A stretch of 64,000 nucleotides of DNA from a virus (IMGVR_UViG_3300031555_007106), one strand, 5' to 3'; shown: positions 28,747 to 39,895, numbered from the stretch's first letter. The notes: a model not told the origin generated them from the letters alone. Made by a program: numbers and translations.

Positions 28747-29229
28747 TCAAGCATTTTCTTTTTCCTTTCTGTATAAATCCAAACCTAAATGTGTTGGACA
28801 AAACTGTGTTTTGCCGTTAACTAAGTCGTTTCGAAGCTCCATAAGGAGTCTGCCAAGGTGGTTTTCACCCACACCTTCATACACACCCCAAAATGTATCT
28901 TTCCATTCATTGTACTCAACAATTTCTCCTTCGACAGCCATAAGTCTTTCTGCAAGTTCTGGATTCTGCCTGAACTTACAGTTAATCACATAACGCATTA
29001 CATCGATTAATACACTGCTCCAATCCGAGCGAAGCTCAACTTTTCTACCTAAAGCTTTTGATTTAGGTCCATTAAGTTCTGTAAATTCATCAATACGTTC
29101 AGGACATTTCATAGCCTGATATGCGGCTTCCGAACAATGAAAGTTGTAAACTACACCATTATAGATAATGGATAATTCACAAGGGTGCATATTCGATAAA
29201 AAAGCCTTTTCTCCAATAAATGCAACCAT
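28747..29229 (-). CDS. NADAR (YbiA-like) family protein
   Basis: FLSNMHP, SEAAYQAMK, GRKVELRSDW, KFRQN, DTFWG, GENHLGRLLMELR. Confidence 0.9.
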   Translation of the reverse strand: MVAFIGEKAFLSNMHPCELSIIYNGVVYNFHCSEAAYQAMKCPERIDEFTELNGPKSKALGRKVELRSDWSSVLIDVMRYVINCKFRQNPELAERLMAVEGEIVEYNEWKDTFWGVYEGVGENHLGRLLMELRNDLVNGKTQFCPTHLGLDLYRKEKENA

Positions 29230-29242
29230 TCAGTTTTCCTCC

Positions 29243-29770
29243 TTATAAAACGTTTCCTACAAACTCTACGTTAATATGGTTTTTTTCTAAAAGAGAGATA
29301 ATATATTTTTGTCCGTCAACATCATTTGTAAGTTCACTTGCTACACTCATAATATTTTCGGAATACGCTTGTTCGTCATCTTCCTTATAAACAACCATAT
29401 TGTCTTTGTTATTAGGGTCTCGAATAGCAAAATTATTTTTCAGACACGCCTCAAGCAGTCGAAGACAGTTTATATAATTAAGCGGATAATTAACAGTTTG
29501 CTGCTCCCACAATAACTTATTGCCACAATGAGAACAGTAACTATCGTACTTTTTAGAAACTGTCACTCCACAAACAGGACAATCATAAAGATTTTCTCCT
29601 GCAACATGGGGATATACTGCTTTCTGAATTTCTTCTGCTTCATCAACAGCTTCGTATAAATCACGAACCTTGATATAAATCTCGCCATCTGCTATCATAA
29701 AACCACTTTTTCGTTCAGCGGTTTTTAATACAGAATAAGCTTCAATTACCTTTTTTCTATCATTTCCCAT
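29243..29770 (-). CDS. Zn-ribbon hypothetical protein
   Basis: CPVCG...YCSHCGNKLLW. Confidence 0.55.
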   Translation of the reverse strand: MGNDRKKVIEAYSVLKTAERKSGFMIADGEIYIKVRDLYEAVDEAEEIQKAVYPHVAGENLYDCPVCGVTVSKKYDSYCSHCGNKLLWEQQTVNYPLNYINCLRLLEACLKNNFAIRDPNNKDNMVVYKEDDEQAYSENIMSVASELTNDVDGQKYIISLLEKNHINVEFVGNVL

Positions 29771-29892
29771 CTTTAAATTCCTTTCATTAATAATTTCACT
29801 TGACTCCAGTCGTCATAAAAATATTGCTATTTATAGTATGATTGAAAACACAAAAAATAAAGGGAGCTGCAAAGCATCTCCCTTTTTTTTAA

Positions 29893-31635
29893 TCAACTAG
29901 TCTGCTTTTTTCTATAAACGTCAATAGCAGTCTTAAACATGGTCTTTGGACTGTACGAGTTGATACATATATATCCTATATTATGATGATTACATTGGTC
30001 TTCTATCTTCCAGTAAGTACTGTGTTTTAGACCTTTTGTACAAGCTATTACATATTCAGTTGCAGAACCAATATCCAGTGTGGTTCGCTTAGAACGAAGG
30101 ATTTTAGAATTTGGGAAGAGTTTTGATAATTCTGTTATATCAGCAGAACTGGGAACAAAAAATGCAAATTTGCACTTTTGTGCAATTTCAAGGTTTTCGT
30201 TTGTAAACAAATCTTCTTCTATACATTCATTACAATCTTCTTCATCTTTTTCCTCTGTATCAAAATTCCGTAATTTTTCTTCAAGTTCATCATTTTCTTC
30301 TTCCAAAGCCTTTATTTGCTTTTCCAAATTGGATATTCTTGAAGAAACCTTTTCAGCTTTCCTCAGCCTTTGTTCATATTCTGCTTTTAATGTTGATTGC
30401 TTTTCTTTTTCTTTATCAATAGCAGCTTCCAGTTCTTTTATTTTTTCGGTAAGTCTATCAATGTTATCAGCAGCAGATTTTTCAACTTCTCTTTTAAGCT
30501 TTGTTATCTCATCTTTTAACGAACGGATATAAGCCTTTTTAGACTGTTTTTCCTTTTCGTATCCGGAAATTTTCTTACTGCATCTTTCTTCTGTATCCGA
30601 AATTAACTTTTCATATTTGTCAATCTCCAGTTTCATCTTCCACTTAAAATCAAATTCAGACCAATATGATACTAAATATGTATCTATTTTATGCGAATTG
30701 TACTTTATGTACATTTTTTTCATTTTGTAATCAGCGTCTTCAGGGTCTATTTCAATTGAAAAACAATTTTTAATATCTTTAAGATATTCATCACAACATA
30801 TTGTCTTTTCGTTAGGGGCACATATTAATTTGCAATAATCCTCCGAACTAATTTCAACTAAAATATTAAAAGTTCTGAAAATTGCCTTATAATTCAGATT
30901 GTTAAAGTATTCCGCATATTTAATTCCGTTTTTATTATCCTTTTTTACGAAATATCCTGCAAAATCCTTTGCAATCTTCAATTCGGCTACCTGAAAAGGA
31001 GTTAATGTCAGTTTTTCTGATACAAGCGGATTGATATCCGGTAAGAAAGCTGAATCCTCGTTTTCCTTTGGAGAAAACTCATCCAAAATACTTTTGATAA
31101 GCTTTATTATTTTTTCATCTTCTACCTTACGAGCGAACCATAAATCAAAGACAACCCACATCACAGTTAAATGTAACGCAAATAAGTTTGGGAGACTTAC
31201 CAAAGATGAAGTTTTTATGTTTTCTCCCATATCTTCCCAATAATATTCGCGGTCAATTGCTCTGCGTGTGTCTAATATCTTTGACAAATTTTTCTTTTTA
31301 TCTTCATTACACTCGAAAATAAAGTTAAACATATCGTCAAACACAACTGGTGCAATAGTTTTATAACCATACAACAGTATTTTCTGAATTAACAATATTG
31401 TTGTTGCGTACGCTAAATGGAAACTGATATTATCTATCTTGTGTCCATTAAATTGATATCCATTGATTATTGATGAATTTGTAAGCTTTGATGTGTTACA
31501 AGGCGTTGCTATAATATCTCTTATAACCTCAATAGTTGAAGTAAAAGGATTATTGTGTAGTCTTTCATGCGCCTTTAAAAATTCCTGCATAATCTCTTTT
31601 GGGAACTCGTATCCTTTGTTTTCTTTCCGTTTCAT
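29893..31635 (-). CDS. coiled-coil protein with C-terminal DUF2325-like domain
   Basis: long K/E coiled coil; C-terminal VIACTKGLKHSTYWKIEDQC; start MKRKE after AGGAGG. Confidence 0.55.
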   Translation of the reverse strand: MKRKENKGYEFPKEIMQEFLKAHERLHNNPFTSTIEVIRDIIATPCNTSKLTNSSIINGYQFNGHKIDNISFHLAYATTILLIQKILLYGYKTIAPVVFDDMFNFIFECNEDKKKNLSKILDTRRAIDREYYWEDMGENIKTSSLVSLPNLFALHLTVMWVVFDLWFARKVEDEKIIKLIKSILDEFSPKENEDSAFLPDINPLVSEKLTLTPFQVAELKIAKDFAGYFVKKDNKNGIKYAEYFNNLNYKAIFRTFNILVEISSEDYCKLICAPNEKTICCDEYLKDIKNCFSIEIDPEDADYKMKKMYIKYNSHKIDTYLVSYWSEFDFKWKMKLEIDKYEKLISDTEERCSKKISGYEKEKQSKKAYIRSLKDEITKLKREVEKSAADNIDRLTEKIKELEAAIDKEKEKQSTLKAEYEQRLRKAEKVSSRISNLEKQIKALEEENDELEEKLRNFDTEEKDEEDCNECIEEDLFTNENLEIAQKCKFAFFVPSSADITELSKLFPNSKILRSKRTTLDIGSATEYVIACTKGLKHSTYWKIEDQCNHHNIGYICINSYSPKTMFKTAIDVYRKKQTS

Positions 31636-31673
31636 ATAAACCTCCTGTTTTTTTGTGTGTAAATACACTTCTA

Positions 31674-31728
31674 TGTATAGTATGAAAGAAAAACAGAAAA
31701 ACAAAGGAACTTTTTCTACTCTCACACA
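31674..31728 (-). promoter_or_regulatory. promoter with TGTGTGAG upstream motif
   Basis: same box and spacing as promoters at 12211 and 13348. Confidence 0.55.
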
Positions 31729-32415
31729 TAAAAAAAGACGAGATTTCTCTCGCCTTTTTCTTTTGCTATGTATTTAGAATAATTTTGTTCCACTAAAAGA
31801 CATTACAAATTACTCCTTTCGTTTTATAAACGCACGCGTGCGTTTCAAAATCACGCGCGTGTGTTTTCGTGCGTTTTCGCGTGTTAAAAGGCTTCACTCA
31901 AGAGTCATTCTTATTCTCTTTTCTTCATAAATCCGTTGATTGTATATTCACCCAGCCCGTTTTGTGCAAGAAGATACTTCTTAAGTATATCAAGATAGTA
32001 TTCTTCACTTTCGCAAACAGTGGCCATCGGGAATATTCCTTCGCCTTCGTAAGCAAAGGCATTAATGACCTCAGTTTCGCTTATAGCGAGCTGTGCGTAT
32101 CCTTTATGCTTACTCTTGATTATCTTTCCTGTGATAGGGTTAATTGTAAAAATCCAAAATTCGTTCATTTTTTCTTCTCCTTTGTTCTTCCGTCAAACAA
32201 ATGCAATAAGAATCTGACTTACAGGTTTGTATGTATAAGACTTTACATCAGAATTCAGCAGTTTACATTTGTCGAGAGCTTTATTGACATCTGCATTGTC
32301 GTAAAATGCACTGAGTTTTCCTGAAAATATTACAGTATAATCACTTATTATGATTAATTCTTCGACTCTGTCAGTTCGCTCTTTGGCGTTAAATTGATTA
32401 ATAAGCTCCGATAGC

Positions 32416-32790
32416 TTAATGTTGATATTCATATGCTTTCTTTATCTCCTTCTCGTGAGTTTTGGCCCATTCTTCAATATCGATTATGTCATATTCTTCG
32501 AAGCCCTTAGGCTCATAACTCATAGTGAAGTGAAATGCGTATGCGGGACAGCTTCTTTTATGCTGTTCATACTCAAGCCACCAACACACACAAGGTTCGT
32601 GCTCGTCGTTAACACCTGCTCTGTGGCGTACAAATGCGTCACAAACAGAAACTTTTACATCTTTATAATCAGGCCCATTTCCCTTTTCAAAGAGGTATAT
32701 GCCAATTGCTTCATCCCTTGTGTATTTTTCTGCATTCACTGCATAATCATCGAGGTCTCCGTAAAAAGCTTCATGTTCAAATTTACTCAT
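32416..32790 (-). CDS. hypothetical protein
   Basis: 124 aa ORF with RBS. Confidence 0.5.
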   Translation of the reverse strand: MSKFEHEAFYGDLDDYAVNAEKYTRDEAIGIYLFEKGNGPDYKDVKVSVCDAFVRHRAGVNDEHEPCVCWWLEYEQHKRSCPAYAFHFTMSYEPKGFEEYDIIDIEEWAKTHEKEIKKAYEYQH

Positions 32791-33573
32791 TGTATTCTCC
32801 TTTCAAAAAAACTCAAATAGATGAAGATTCGTATTTTCTGTTTGGTAATGAGTCCGAAGGGGATAAATCACCATAAATAGTACCAATAGTACCAATTTGC
32901 TGCCATTCACCTTGACAAAAACGATAGACTGAACCGTAACCCTGCATATTTTCGGTAAGAACTGTTATAGAAACAAACTTCATATCATTCTCATCCATAT
33001 TTAAACGGGTTTTAAATGCTGTTTTAACAGTGTTTAAACAATCGTCTAATGTAATTTCCATATCATCTGTATAAATCTCGTCAACAACTAAACGAGCAGC
33101 TATAATGGTTGCATTTGTGCAAACGCCTATTAGAGTACTTCCATCAACTTTCATTATCTCTTTCCTTTCTCAATTCTCTGCCACACATAGGACAGTAATC
33201 AATTTTTAGTGTTTTGAAGTGTTTGTCATCAGTTGCTATAACTACTCCTTCAGGAGTACTGATAAGGACAAATGAATCTTCAGAATTATTGATAACAGCC
33301 CCTACATCTCCGCTTGAAAAGTCGCAATATTCACAGCTATCGCAGGAATTCAAATGCGGAGCTATCTTTTCGTTATACAATTCCACAATTTTCGCAAGAG
33401 AAATCTGATTTCTTGCAATTGTAAGTGCATCAGAGTCCTTAAGCTCGTATTTGTCACGAAAAGGTATGCATATACGACAAATTTCAGCTTTTGTCACAGT
33501 TTTCATAGCAGAATAACTCTTCTGCATTTCGACAACATCAAGAATAAAACCGCTTAATCCGTTGTTCATCTTT

Positions 33574-34149
33574 TTATTCTCCTCTCATTTCATCAAAAAG
33601 CCAATAATGTTCCGTTCCTGTCAAGCAGTTATATGTTTCTTCATCATTGTTTTCTCCTTCTCTATAATAGAGCCATCTGGAAACAATTGACGTAGAAAAC
33701 CCAACAGCTATACAGTCTTCTTCTTCGTACAAAGCCTCAAGAATATCAGCTTGCTCGCCAAGAGATGTTTCTCCTTCGAATTTTCTGAACGCTGCAATAA
33801 CTATCGGAATTTCTTCCTTTCTTATCAGACAATCATCCAAGGTTGTATAAAGACATATCTTATCAACCTCTGAAACAGCATCATTATCCACAAGGTCCCA
33901 TATTTCTTGATAACTTTTTTCATCCATAGGAGCACAAAGACGACACGGTTTATATCCATTTCGGCGTTCAAACTCTCCGACCGTCGTTATTCCTATTGCT
34001 TTTGCATAATTAGGTATGTACGGAGGCAAATACTTTTCTTCAAGTATCCCCCACACAGCCATAGCATGACGCCAAGAGTTTTGAGAACATCCATAGTATT
34101 GTGCATATCCTTCTTTATTGAATTTGTAAATATCTGTAGTGCTCATCAT
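33574..34149 (-). CDS. hypothetical protein
   Basis: 191 aa ORF in operon. Confidence 0.55.
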   Translation of the reverse strand: MMSTTDIYKFNKEGYAQYYGCSQNSWRHAMAVWGILEEKYLPPYIPNYAKAIGITTVGEFERRNGYKPCRLCAPMDEKSYQEIWDLVDNDAVSEVDKICLYTTLDDCLIRKEEIPIVIAAFRKFEGETSLGEQADILEALYEEEDCIAVGFSTSIVSRWLYYREGENNDEETYNCLTGTEHYWLFDEMRGE

Positions 34150-35264
34150 TTACTCCTTTCGATTGAATACACTATATCGCCTGTACGATTTGTTGTTACT
34201 ACTACTCTGTCACCTATTTCGTAACCACTCCATTCCGATAATGGAATCGCCGAACGAAATTCACTGCATATAAGCCAGTAAGTTTCTCTATGGTCTCCTT
34301 CCCTTTCCTTATGTTTGAGTTTTACTTCTCCCCAATAAGGATTGTGGTCTGAGCCTGAAGTCTTAACACTTCGCTCATATACATATCGGTCAATTTCGTA
34401 GTAATATTTCGTATCATATACCGGTTCATCTCTGTATACAGGCTTTTCGTAAACTTCCGTTTCGTAATAAGTCTCATATACAGGCCTTTTAGAGATAATC
34501 TCTTCAAATTGACCATTCCCTAAGTCTTCATATCCTGAAACATATTCTTCTTCGCCTACATATCGTTCTTTTTCAACTTGTGTTGTTACAGTATCGTAAT
34601 GGTCTATTACCGGCTTGTATGACCGTATTTCCTCATTAGTACGCTGTAAACGAGCTCCAGCAGGCAAATTCCAGTCAGATTCTTCAAATGTAGTAAGTAA
34701 TTCGATTGAAATATTTCTATTCCATTCAAACCCACTTACCTCTGAATTATGTTTTGCAGGAGTAAAGAACCATACAAGGAGAGCTATAAGCGAAACAACC
34801 GCTATTCCAATGGCTCCATATACCAAACCTTTTTTCAGTTTAGCAATGTCCCAATGTCTTTTCTGAACGGAAGGTTCATTTCTATTTTCGTATGTATGAG
34901 AGTGATTGTCACTTTCGTACATATCTTTTTCTTTGCTCTCTTCAATTATTTGCACCTTTTCAGATGTTTTTGAGAGAGTTTTTTGCACCTCGAAGTAGTT
35001 TTCAGAACTTTCTGTCTTACTTGCACCGCAATATTCACATGTTTCTTCGTAATCCTCATTTTGTGTATTACAGTAAGGACAAATCCAATTTGCCTTTCTG
35101 TTTACTTGTTCATCAGATACATATTCTATTTTGTTTTCATCCATATAGAATTTGGTATCTTCGGAACGAGGGTGTCCGCAGAACGGACACTCCTCATTAT
35201 CTCCTCGGATTTTAGAAGAACCACAGAATTTACAGTCCCAATACCCCCATACTGTTCTTCCCAT
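34146..35264 (-). CDS. Zn-ribbon, single-TM membrane protein
   Basis: WDCKFCG..CPFCG and WICPYC..CEYCGA; one TM helix. Confidence 0.65.
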   Translation of the reverse strand: MGRTVWGYWDCKFCGSSKIRGDNEECPFCGHPRSEDTKFYMDENKIEYVSDEQVNRKANWICPYCNTQNEDYEETCEYCGASKTESSENYFEVQKTLSKTSEKVQIIEESKEKDMYESDNHSHTYENRNEPSVQKRHWDIAKLKKGLVYGAIGIAVVSLIALLVWFFTPAKHNSEVSGFEWNRNISIELLTTFEESDWNLPAGARLQRTNEEIRSYKPVIDHYDTVTTQVEKERYVGEEEYVSGYEDLGNGQFEEIISKRPVYETYYETEVYEKPVYRDEPVYDTKYYYEIDRYVYERSVKTSGSDHNPYWGEVKLKHKEREGDHRETYWLICSEFRSAIPLSEWSGYEIGDRVVVTTNRTGDIVYSIERSK

Positions 35265-35472
35265 TTAATAACCCCTTTCTTATTTATTCCTTTCTTTTGT
35301 TGACAAGATTGGTTGTATAATCGTTTTCGGGCCAAGTAGAGGAATTCCTGTTATTTCTTCTGTAAAAAGCTGTTCGGTAAAACCCTTGCAATTTTCTGAA
35401 CACTTACAATTTTTACAATCTTCACAGCATTCTCTTAACTTGTTTTTACTACAGTCCATTTAGCTTCTCCTC

Positions 35473-36294
35473 TTAATAAATTTCGTGACAAAGTGTAAGG
35501 TCTTCAGTGACAATACATCTGTCATTAATTCTTAGTACCTTGCCATCGTAACACGTTGAAAGGTTTATATTGTTTTCCTTAGCAAAAGAAAGAACATCAT
35601 TTAACGTTTTAACTTCCTTGACATACTTAAAAGTATCATATTCTCCGGGAACAAACCTCAGTTTTTCTTCCAATATCAATATGCTTTTATCGTCAATACA
35701 GCTTTCGTTATCTTTCGCTCCTGCAAGGACATAATGATGTCGACCATTATAAAGTCGTATCATTCCGATTTTATTGTAATAACATTCCGCTGTTAAGGTT
35801 TTTTCTCCCGCTTTGTTTTCCCATATCAGTTCCTGCCCACACTGATTGCAATACCTTGAGTTAAGAAACTCTGTTATTTCAGCTTTGCAGTTCGGACAAA
35901 TACCATCCTTATCTTCTCCATTGTAAACTTCAACAACATCCAACACATTCTTAGCGGTTGAACGAAGATAGGGATTGTTTTTAAGTAAAGGATGACATCC
36001 TTTAGCAAGGCAAAACTGTTCCCACTTTAACTCATCAGTAGAAGCTAAACTAAAATCACATAGAATTAACGTAGGATTCCAATTAGGCTCATAAAGATAT
36101 ATTGTATCCGGTATGTTCGAAGTAGAATTTTCTTCAGTTTCCCATTTTGTAATTATATTAACTGATACACAATGAGCTTTCTCATCTCTGCCGATTTTAC
36201 GTTTAATGCATTCTGGAGAGAAAATTTCATTTACAATATAGCGAATTTCCTTATCCGTCAAATTTGTTACGGGTCTATACATTAATCTGCTCAT
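35473..36294 (-). CDS. hypothetical protein with internal Zn ribbon
   Basis: CPNCK...YCNQCGQELIW. Confidence 0.55.
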   Translation of the reverse strand: MSRLMYRPVTNLTDKEIRYIVNEIFSPECIKRKIGRDEKAHCVSVNIITKWETEENSTSNIPDTIYLYEPNWNPTLILCDFSLASTDELKWEQFCLAKGCHPLLKNNPYLRSTAKNVLDVVEVYNGEDKDGICPNCKAEITEFLNSRYCNQCGQELIWENKAGEKTLTAECYYNKIGMIRLYNGRHHYVLAGAKDNESCIDDKSILILEEKLRFVPGEYDTFKYVKEVKTLNDVLSFAKENNINLSTCYDGKVLRINDRCIVTEDLTLCHEIY

Positions 36295-36310
36295 ATTTTA
36301 TTCCTTTCGT

Positions 36311-36871
36311 TTAAACTTTTGCAGCCGTCATAAGCTTAATTGCTTTGAACACTTTCTTTATATCGCAATATAATTCGCACGAACCTGAAACATCAAGAGA
36401 AACACAATGAATATCCTTTTTGTAACCGAAGTTCTTTAACTCGCGCATAGTTTCTTGTTCTTTGGAATCAAATGAAGTGTCATAAACAAAAACGTCGACA
36501 TTCGGATGATTTTTTGTCAAAACATCAAAAAATGCTTTCTTTTTATCTTCCATAGTCTCAAAGTTCAACATTTCCCAATTTGCATCCATTATCACGAAAA
36601 CATTATCTTTAAATTCGATAAATTCATCGAAGTTTTCGTTTACCTTTTCCGGCGAAACAAATTCGACTAATGCTTCCTTACAATTTTTATTAGTGTCAGC
36701 ATCTGTAATCATCCAGAAAGCTACTTGCCATGCATCGTCGGATTCCCAAAACGCATCTTGAAAAGCGACTAATGCGCTTCCCATTTCTAAATCCTTAGCA
36801 AAATACCCTAATCCACGTTCAAATATCTCAGTTGAACGCCCAGTCACGATTAATATTTTATTATACTTCAT
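36311..36871 (-). CDS. hypothetical protein
   Basis: 186 aa ORF with RBS. Confidence 0.5.
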   Translation of the reverse strand: MKYNKILIVTGRSTEIFERGLGYFAKDLEMGSALVAFQDAFWESDDAWQVAFWMITDADTNKNCKEALVEFVSPEKVNENFDEFIEFKDNVFVIMDANWEMLNFETMEDKKKAFFDVLTKNHPNVDVFVYDTSFDSKEQETMRELKNFGYKKDIHCVSLDVSGSCELYCDIKKVFKAIKLMTAAKV

Positions 36872-36884
36872 TGCTGTTCTCCTT

Positions 36885-37415
36885 TTACTTATTTTCTGAG
36901 AACTGTTTCATTTCATCTTCGGTTTTAATGAACCAGTTTCCATCCATACTCCAAAAAGAGCAACAAACGCCAACGGTTTCAGTTTCGACATCTTCGATTT
37001 CGTTACCATCTTCATCTTCGTCGTATATAGGATACTCTTCTTCGTATTCATCAATTTCATGCTGCTCAAAGCCTTCGCCCCAGCCATCTGCATATTGACC
37101 TTCCAGATACTCCTTCATCTGAGCCGTATCGGTATCATTCCAGTCATCATATACTTCACATACAGCAACACCATAAAGAACACCGTCTATTTCTTCGGTT
37201 TGGATTTTGCAAGAACGAAGCTTTTTGTAATAACTGTCGCCACTATGAGCGTCTGCATATTCAGCAAGGTCAGCATTGTCTTCCTCTAGCGCATCATCAA
37301 TCAAAGAACGATATTCAAGAGGTTCTTCGTTGATATTTAATTCGAGAGGACTAAAAAACTTTATTGTTTTCATAAATTTAATTTCCTTTCTTTCAAGAAT
37401 TCGTATTATTTTCAC
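36885..37415 (-). CDS. acidic hypothetical protein
   Basis: 176 aa; YLEGQYADGWGEGFEQ motif. Confidence 0.55.
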   Translation of the reverse strand: MKIIRILERKEIKFMKTIKFFSPLELNINEEPLEYRSLIDDALEEDNADLAEYADAHSGDSYYKKLRSCKIQTEEIDGVLYGVAVCEVYDDWNDTDTAQMKEYLEGQYADGWGEGFEQHEIDEYEEEYPIYDEDEDGNEIEDVETETVGVCCSFWSMDGNWFIKTEDEMKQFSENK

Positions 37416-37606
37416 CTTTCTTTGCTATTGCTTCAAGAACTCTTTCTGCACTACCATATGGGTCTTCAAACAATTCAACACCGCCTCGATAATCTTCACT
37501 TTCAACATCAATTTGATGTTTATCAAGCCATTCATCAAGTTCAAAATTAACCTCTTGAAGTTTTGATGCTAATTTTGCTCTCTTTTCGATAAGAGAAAGG
37601 ACCTTC

Positions 37607-38437
37607 TTAGGAATCTGCATCAAAAATCCTCCAATCAATCATACGATGACCGCAATCAGGACAGAATTTCGTAGCAGTTTTATGACTAATATTATGAAAA
37701 TCCGAATCGCATATCGAACAATGTATGCAATAAGGCTTTCCATTTGGCTCTCTTTCAAGAATCCAACGTCCGGGCATATTTATTTCATGCTCGTTATTTG
37801 CTCCGTCTAAAAGGATTTCAATCGCCTTTTTGTATTTCTTAGTTCTTGAAATAGCTTTTTCGTCTGTACATTTCTGCACAGGAAGGCGTGATAAATCGCT
37901 GTTATGAATTAAATCAGCAAGTTTTACCTCTTTAGCAATCGGATTTTTAGATATTGCTTTTATGTACTCTTCGTATTCTGAATCATTCAGCTTAAGTTTG
38001 CTATGTGTAAGCAGTTTAACTGCTTCAACTACATCTTCAGGAAACCCATGACCTCTCAAATCGTTAAGAGTTACACTTGTATCCTCCACCACATCATGAA
38101 GAAGAGCTACTATAACAGCTTTTTCGCTGGTCATCTGTTCAGCTAAATGATACGGATGGAAAACATAAGGTATATTACCCTTGTCAAACTGGTCTTTATG
38201 CGCCGAAAAGCATATCTGCAAAGCTTTCTTTGTCATTTTTGTATAAATAATACCTTTTCTCTTAAAAGGGTAAACAGAAACATTAGCGTCCTCTGCGATT
38301 TCCTTTCGGATAAGCTCTTCAAGGTCTCTGTCAAGAGTGCCAATAATTTCTGAAATTTCTTCATCAGACTGACTCGTTGTTACTTCTCCGCTAAGTTTCA
38401 CATAAAATTCTTTATCAATTTTTATTTTTCTTTCCAT
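37607..38437 (-). CDS. HD-domain protein, RelA/SpoT hydrolase (Mesh1/SAH)-like, with C-terminal Zn ribbon
   Basis: AHKDQFDKGNIPYVFHP, ALLHDVVEDT, VKLADLIHN. Confidence 0.8.
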   Translation of the reverse strand: MERKIKIDKEFYVKLSGEVTTSQSDEEISEIIGTLDRDLEELIRKEIAEDANVSVYPFKRKGIIYTKMTKKALQICFSAHKDQFDKGNIPYVFHPYHLAEQMTSEKAVIVALLHDVVEDTSVTLNDLRGHGFPEDVVEAVKLLTHSKLKLNDSEYEEYIKAISKNPIAKEVKLADLIHNSDLSRLPVQKCTDEKAISRTKKYKKAIEILLDGANNEHEINMPGRWILEREPNGKPYCIHCSICDSDFHNISHKTATKFCPDCGHRMIDWRIFDADS

Positions 38438-38441
38438 AATT

Positions 38442-39182
38442 TCAATCCTTTCTTTCTTTTATAGGTTCAGGTAACTCCTCGTAAGCGAACAATTTACCTT
38501 CCTTGGATAAATCAGACAGAATGTAATTAGATATACGATATGCATCGACGCTTTCCGGTGCAGCTTTGTATCGTTCTACAACTTCAGTTTCATCAGCTAA
38601 CCACAGACAGTATTTAAGATTTACTCCGTAATACTTATTCAGCTTATCAATAACAAGTGTAAATATTTCAGTCTGTTTTTCATCCGTGTAATAACCTTTT
38701 ATATCATTAGAATCATATCCATAATAATTAAGGTCATTATAGATACCCTTTATTCGACAAGCGATAACGTCTCCGAACGCTTTTCTGTAATGAATGTAAA
38801 GATAATCAAGGATATCAAGATTACCCAATTCAAAAGTTTCGTACTTCATAACTTCGACAATATCTCTTACTCCGGAACCGTAAACTTCCTCAGAGCGATA
38901 TAAGATTTCACCATTGTTACGTCTGTACGCTTCCATTTCAGCCTTTGTCTCATCTAAGAAAACATCAACATTGATATTATCTATGTGAGAAAAATCAAAT
39001 TTTACCTCATGGACCTCGTATGTATCAAAGTTGTTTACAATAATATACACAGGAGTTCCTATCTTACAAGGCAATTCCACTATTAAAGATTTGTCCTTGT
39101 AATCATTGCAATAACCACTACCATCGCCATAAGGACGTATCCCGCACAAATGATTATGATAGCATCTTTCACATTTTGCCAT
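38442..39182 (-). CDS. hypothetical phage-type protein
   Basis: VELPCKIGTPVY motif common in phage ORFs. Confidence 0.5.
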   Translation of the reverse strand: MAKCERCYHNHLCGIRPYGDGSGYCNDYKDKSLIVELPCKIGTPVYIIVNNFDTYEVHEVKFDFSHIDNINVDVFLDETKAEMEAYRRNNGEILYRSEEVYGSGVRDIVEVMKYETFELGNLDILDYLYIHYRKAFGDVIACRIKGIYNDLNYYGYDSNDIKGYYTDEKQTEIFTLVIDKLNKYYGVNLKYCLWLADETEVVERYKAAPESVDAYRISNYILSDLSKEGKLFAYEELPEPIKERKD

Positions 39183-39196
39183 ATTTTTTCCTTTCT

Positions 39197-39895
39197 TTAT
39201 GCGGTTAAAACCGCTCTTACCATTGAAATTATCTTATTGTTATAAACTTTTTCTGCTTTTGTATCATTCATCCTATACATTGATTTAAGGTCATCAAGCG
39301 TATAGCCTGCCACATCCTTAACTTTATAACAATCATTTCCCTCAAGGATTTTACAAGTTAGCGTTCCTATTCCAACATCTTTAAGTTCGGCATCGCCTCG
39401 GATGCGAGTTAACTCTGGATGCGAAAGGATTTCGTTAATCTTTTTATAACCAATATTATCAAGCTTTCTTAAAGCTGATACAGTCATAAACGCAAGTTCG
39501 CGATAATCCACAATTCCATTTTGGATAAGTTCTTCAGCACATCCAAGATTTAAAAGGAATACGATGTATGGAGAATCGATAGCTTTTATAACTCTATAAA
39601 GCTTCCATTCAGCTTTATTCCTTATCTGAGCAACACGACTACGAGTTAATCCGAAGATTTTACCAATACTATCACAGGAAAGGTATTCTTTGTAATAAAG
39701 ATTTAGCATTTTTCTGTCTCGTTCTGGTAAATACCAAATTGCATTGCGTATTTTTTCTTCTGAAAAAGAATAACTCTTTTCGGCTGCATCCGTCGAACTC
39801 CGAGTCATTATTTCGTGGATATTATCCAAAGCCTTTATTATGTTATTAGGATATGATTCATTCTTCTTACGTCTCATTATTCTTCTCTCTTTCAA
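39197..39895 (-). CDS. sigma-70 region 4-like HTH fused to tandem RNAP alpha-CTD-like domains
   Basis: LPERDRKMLNLYY..LSCDSIGKIFGLTRSRVAQIRNKA; then HhH-like ELAFMTVSALRKLDNIGYKKINEI. Confidence 0.6.
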   Translation of the reverse strand: MKERRIMRRKKNESYPNNIIKALDNIHEIMTRSSTDAAEKSYSFSEEKIRNAIWYLPERDRKMLNLYYKEYLSCDSIGKIFGLTRSRVAQIRNKAEWKLYRVIKAIDSPYIVFLLNLGCAEELIQNGIVDYRELAFMTVSALRKLDNIGYKKINEILSHPELTRIRGDAELKDVGIGTLTCKILEGNDCYKVKDVAGYTLDDLKSMYRMNDTKAEKVYNNKIISMVRAVLTA

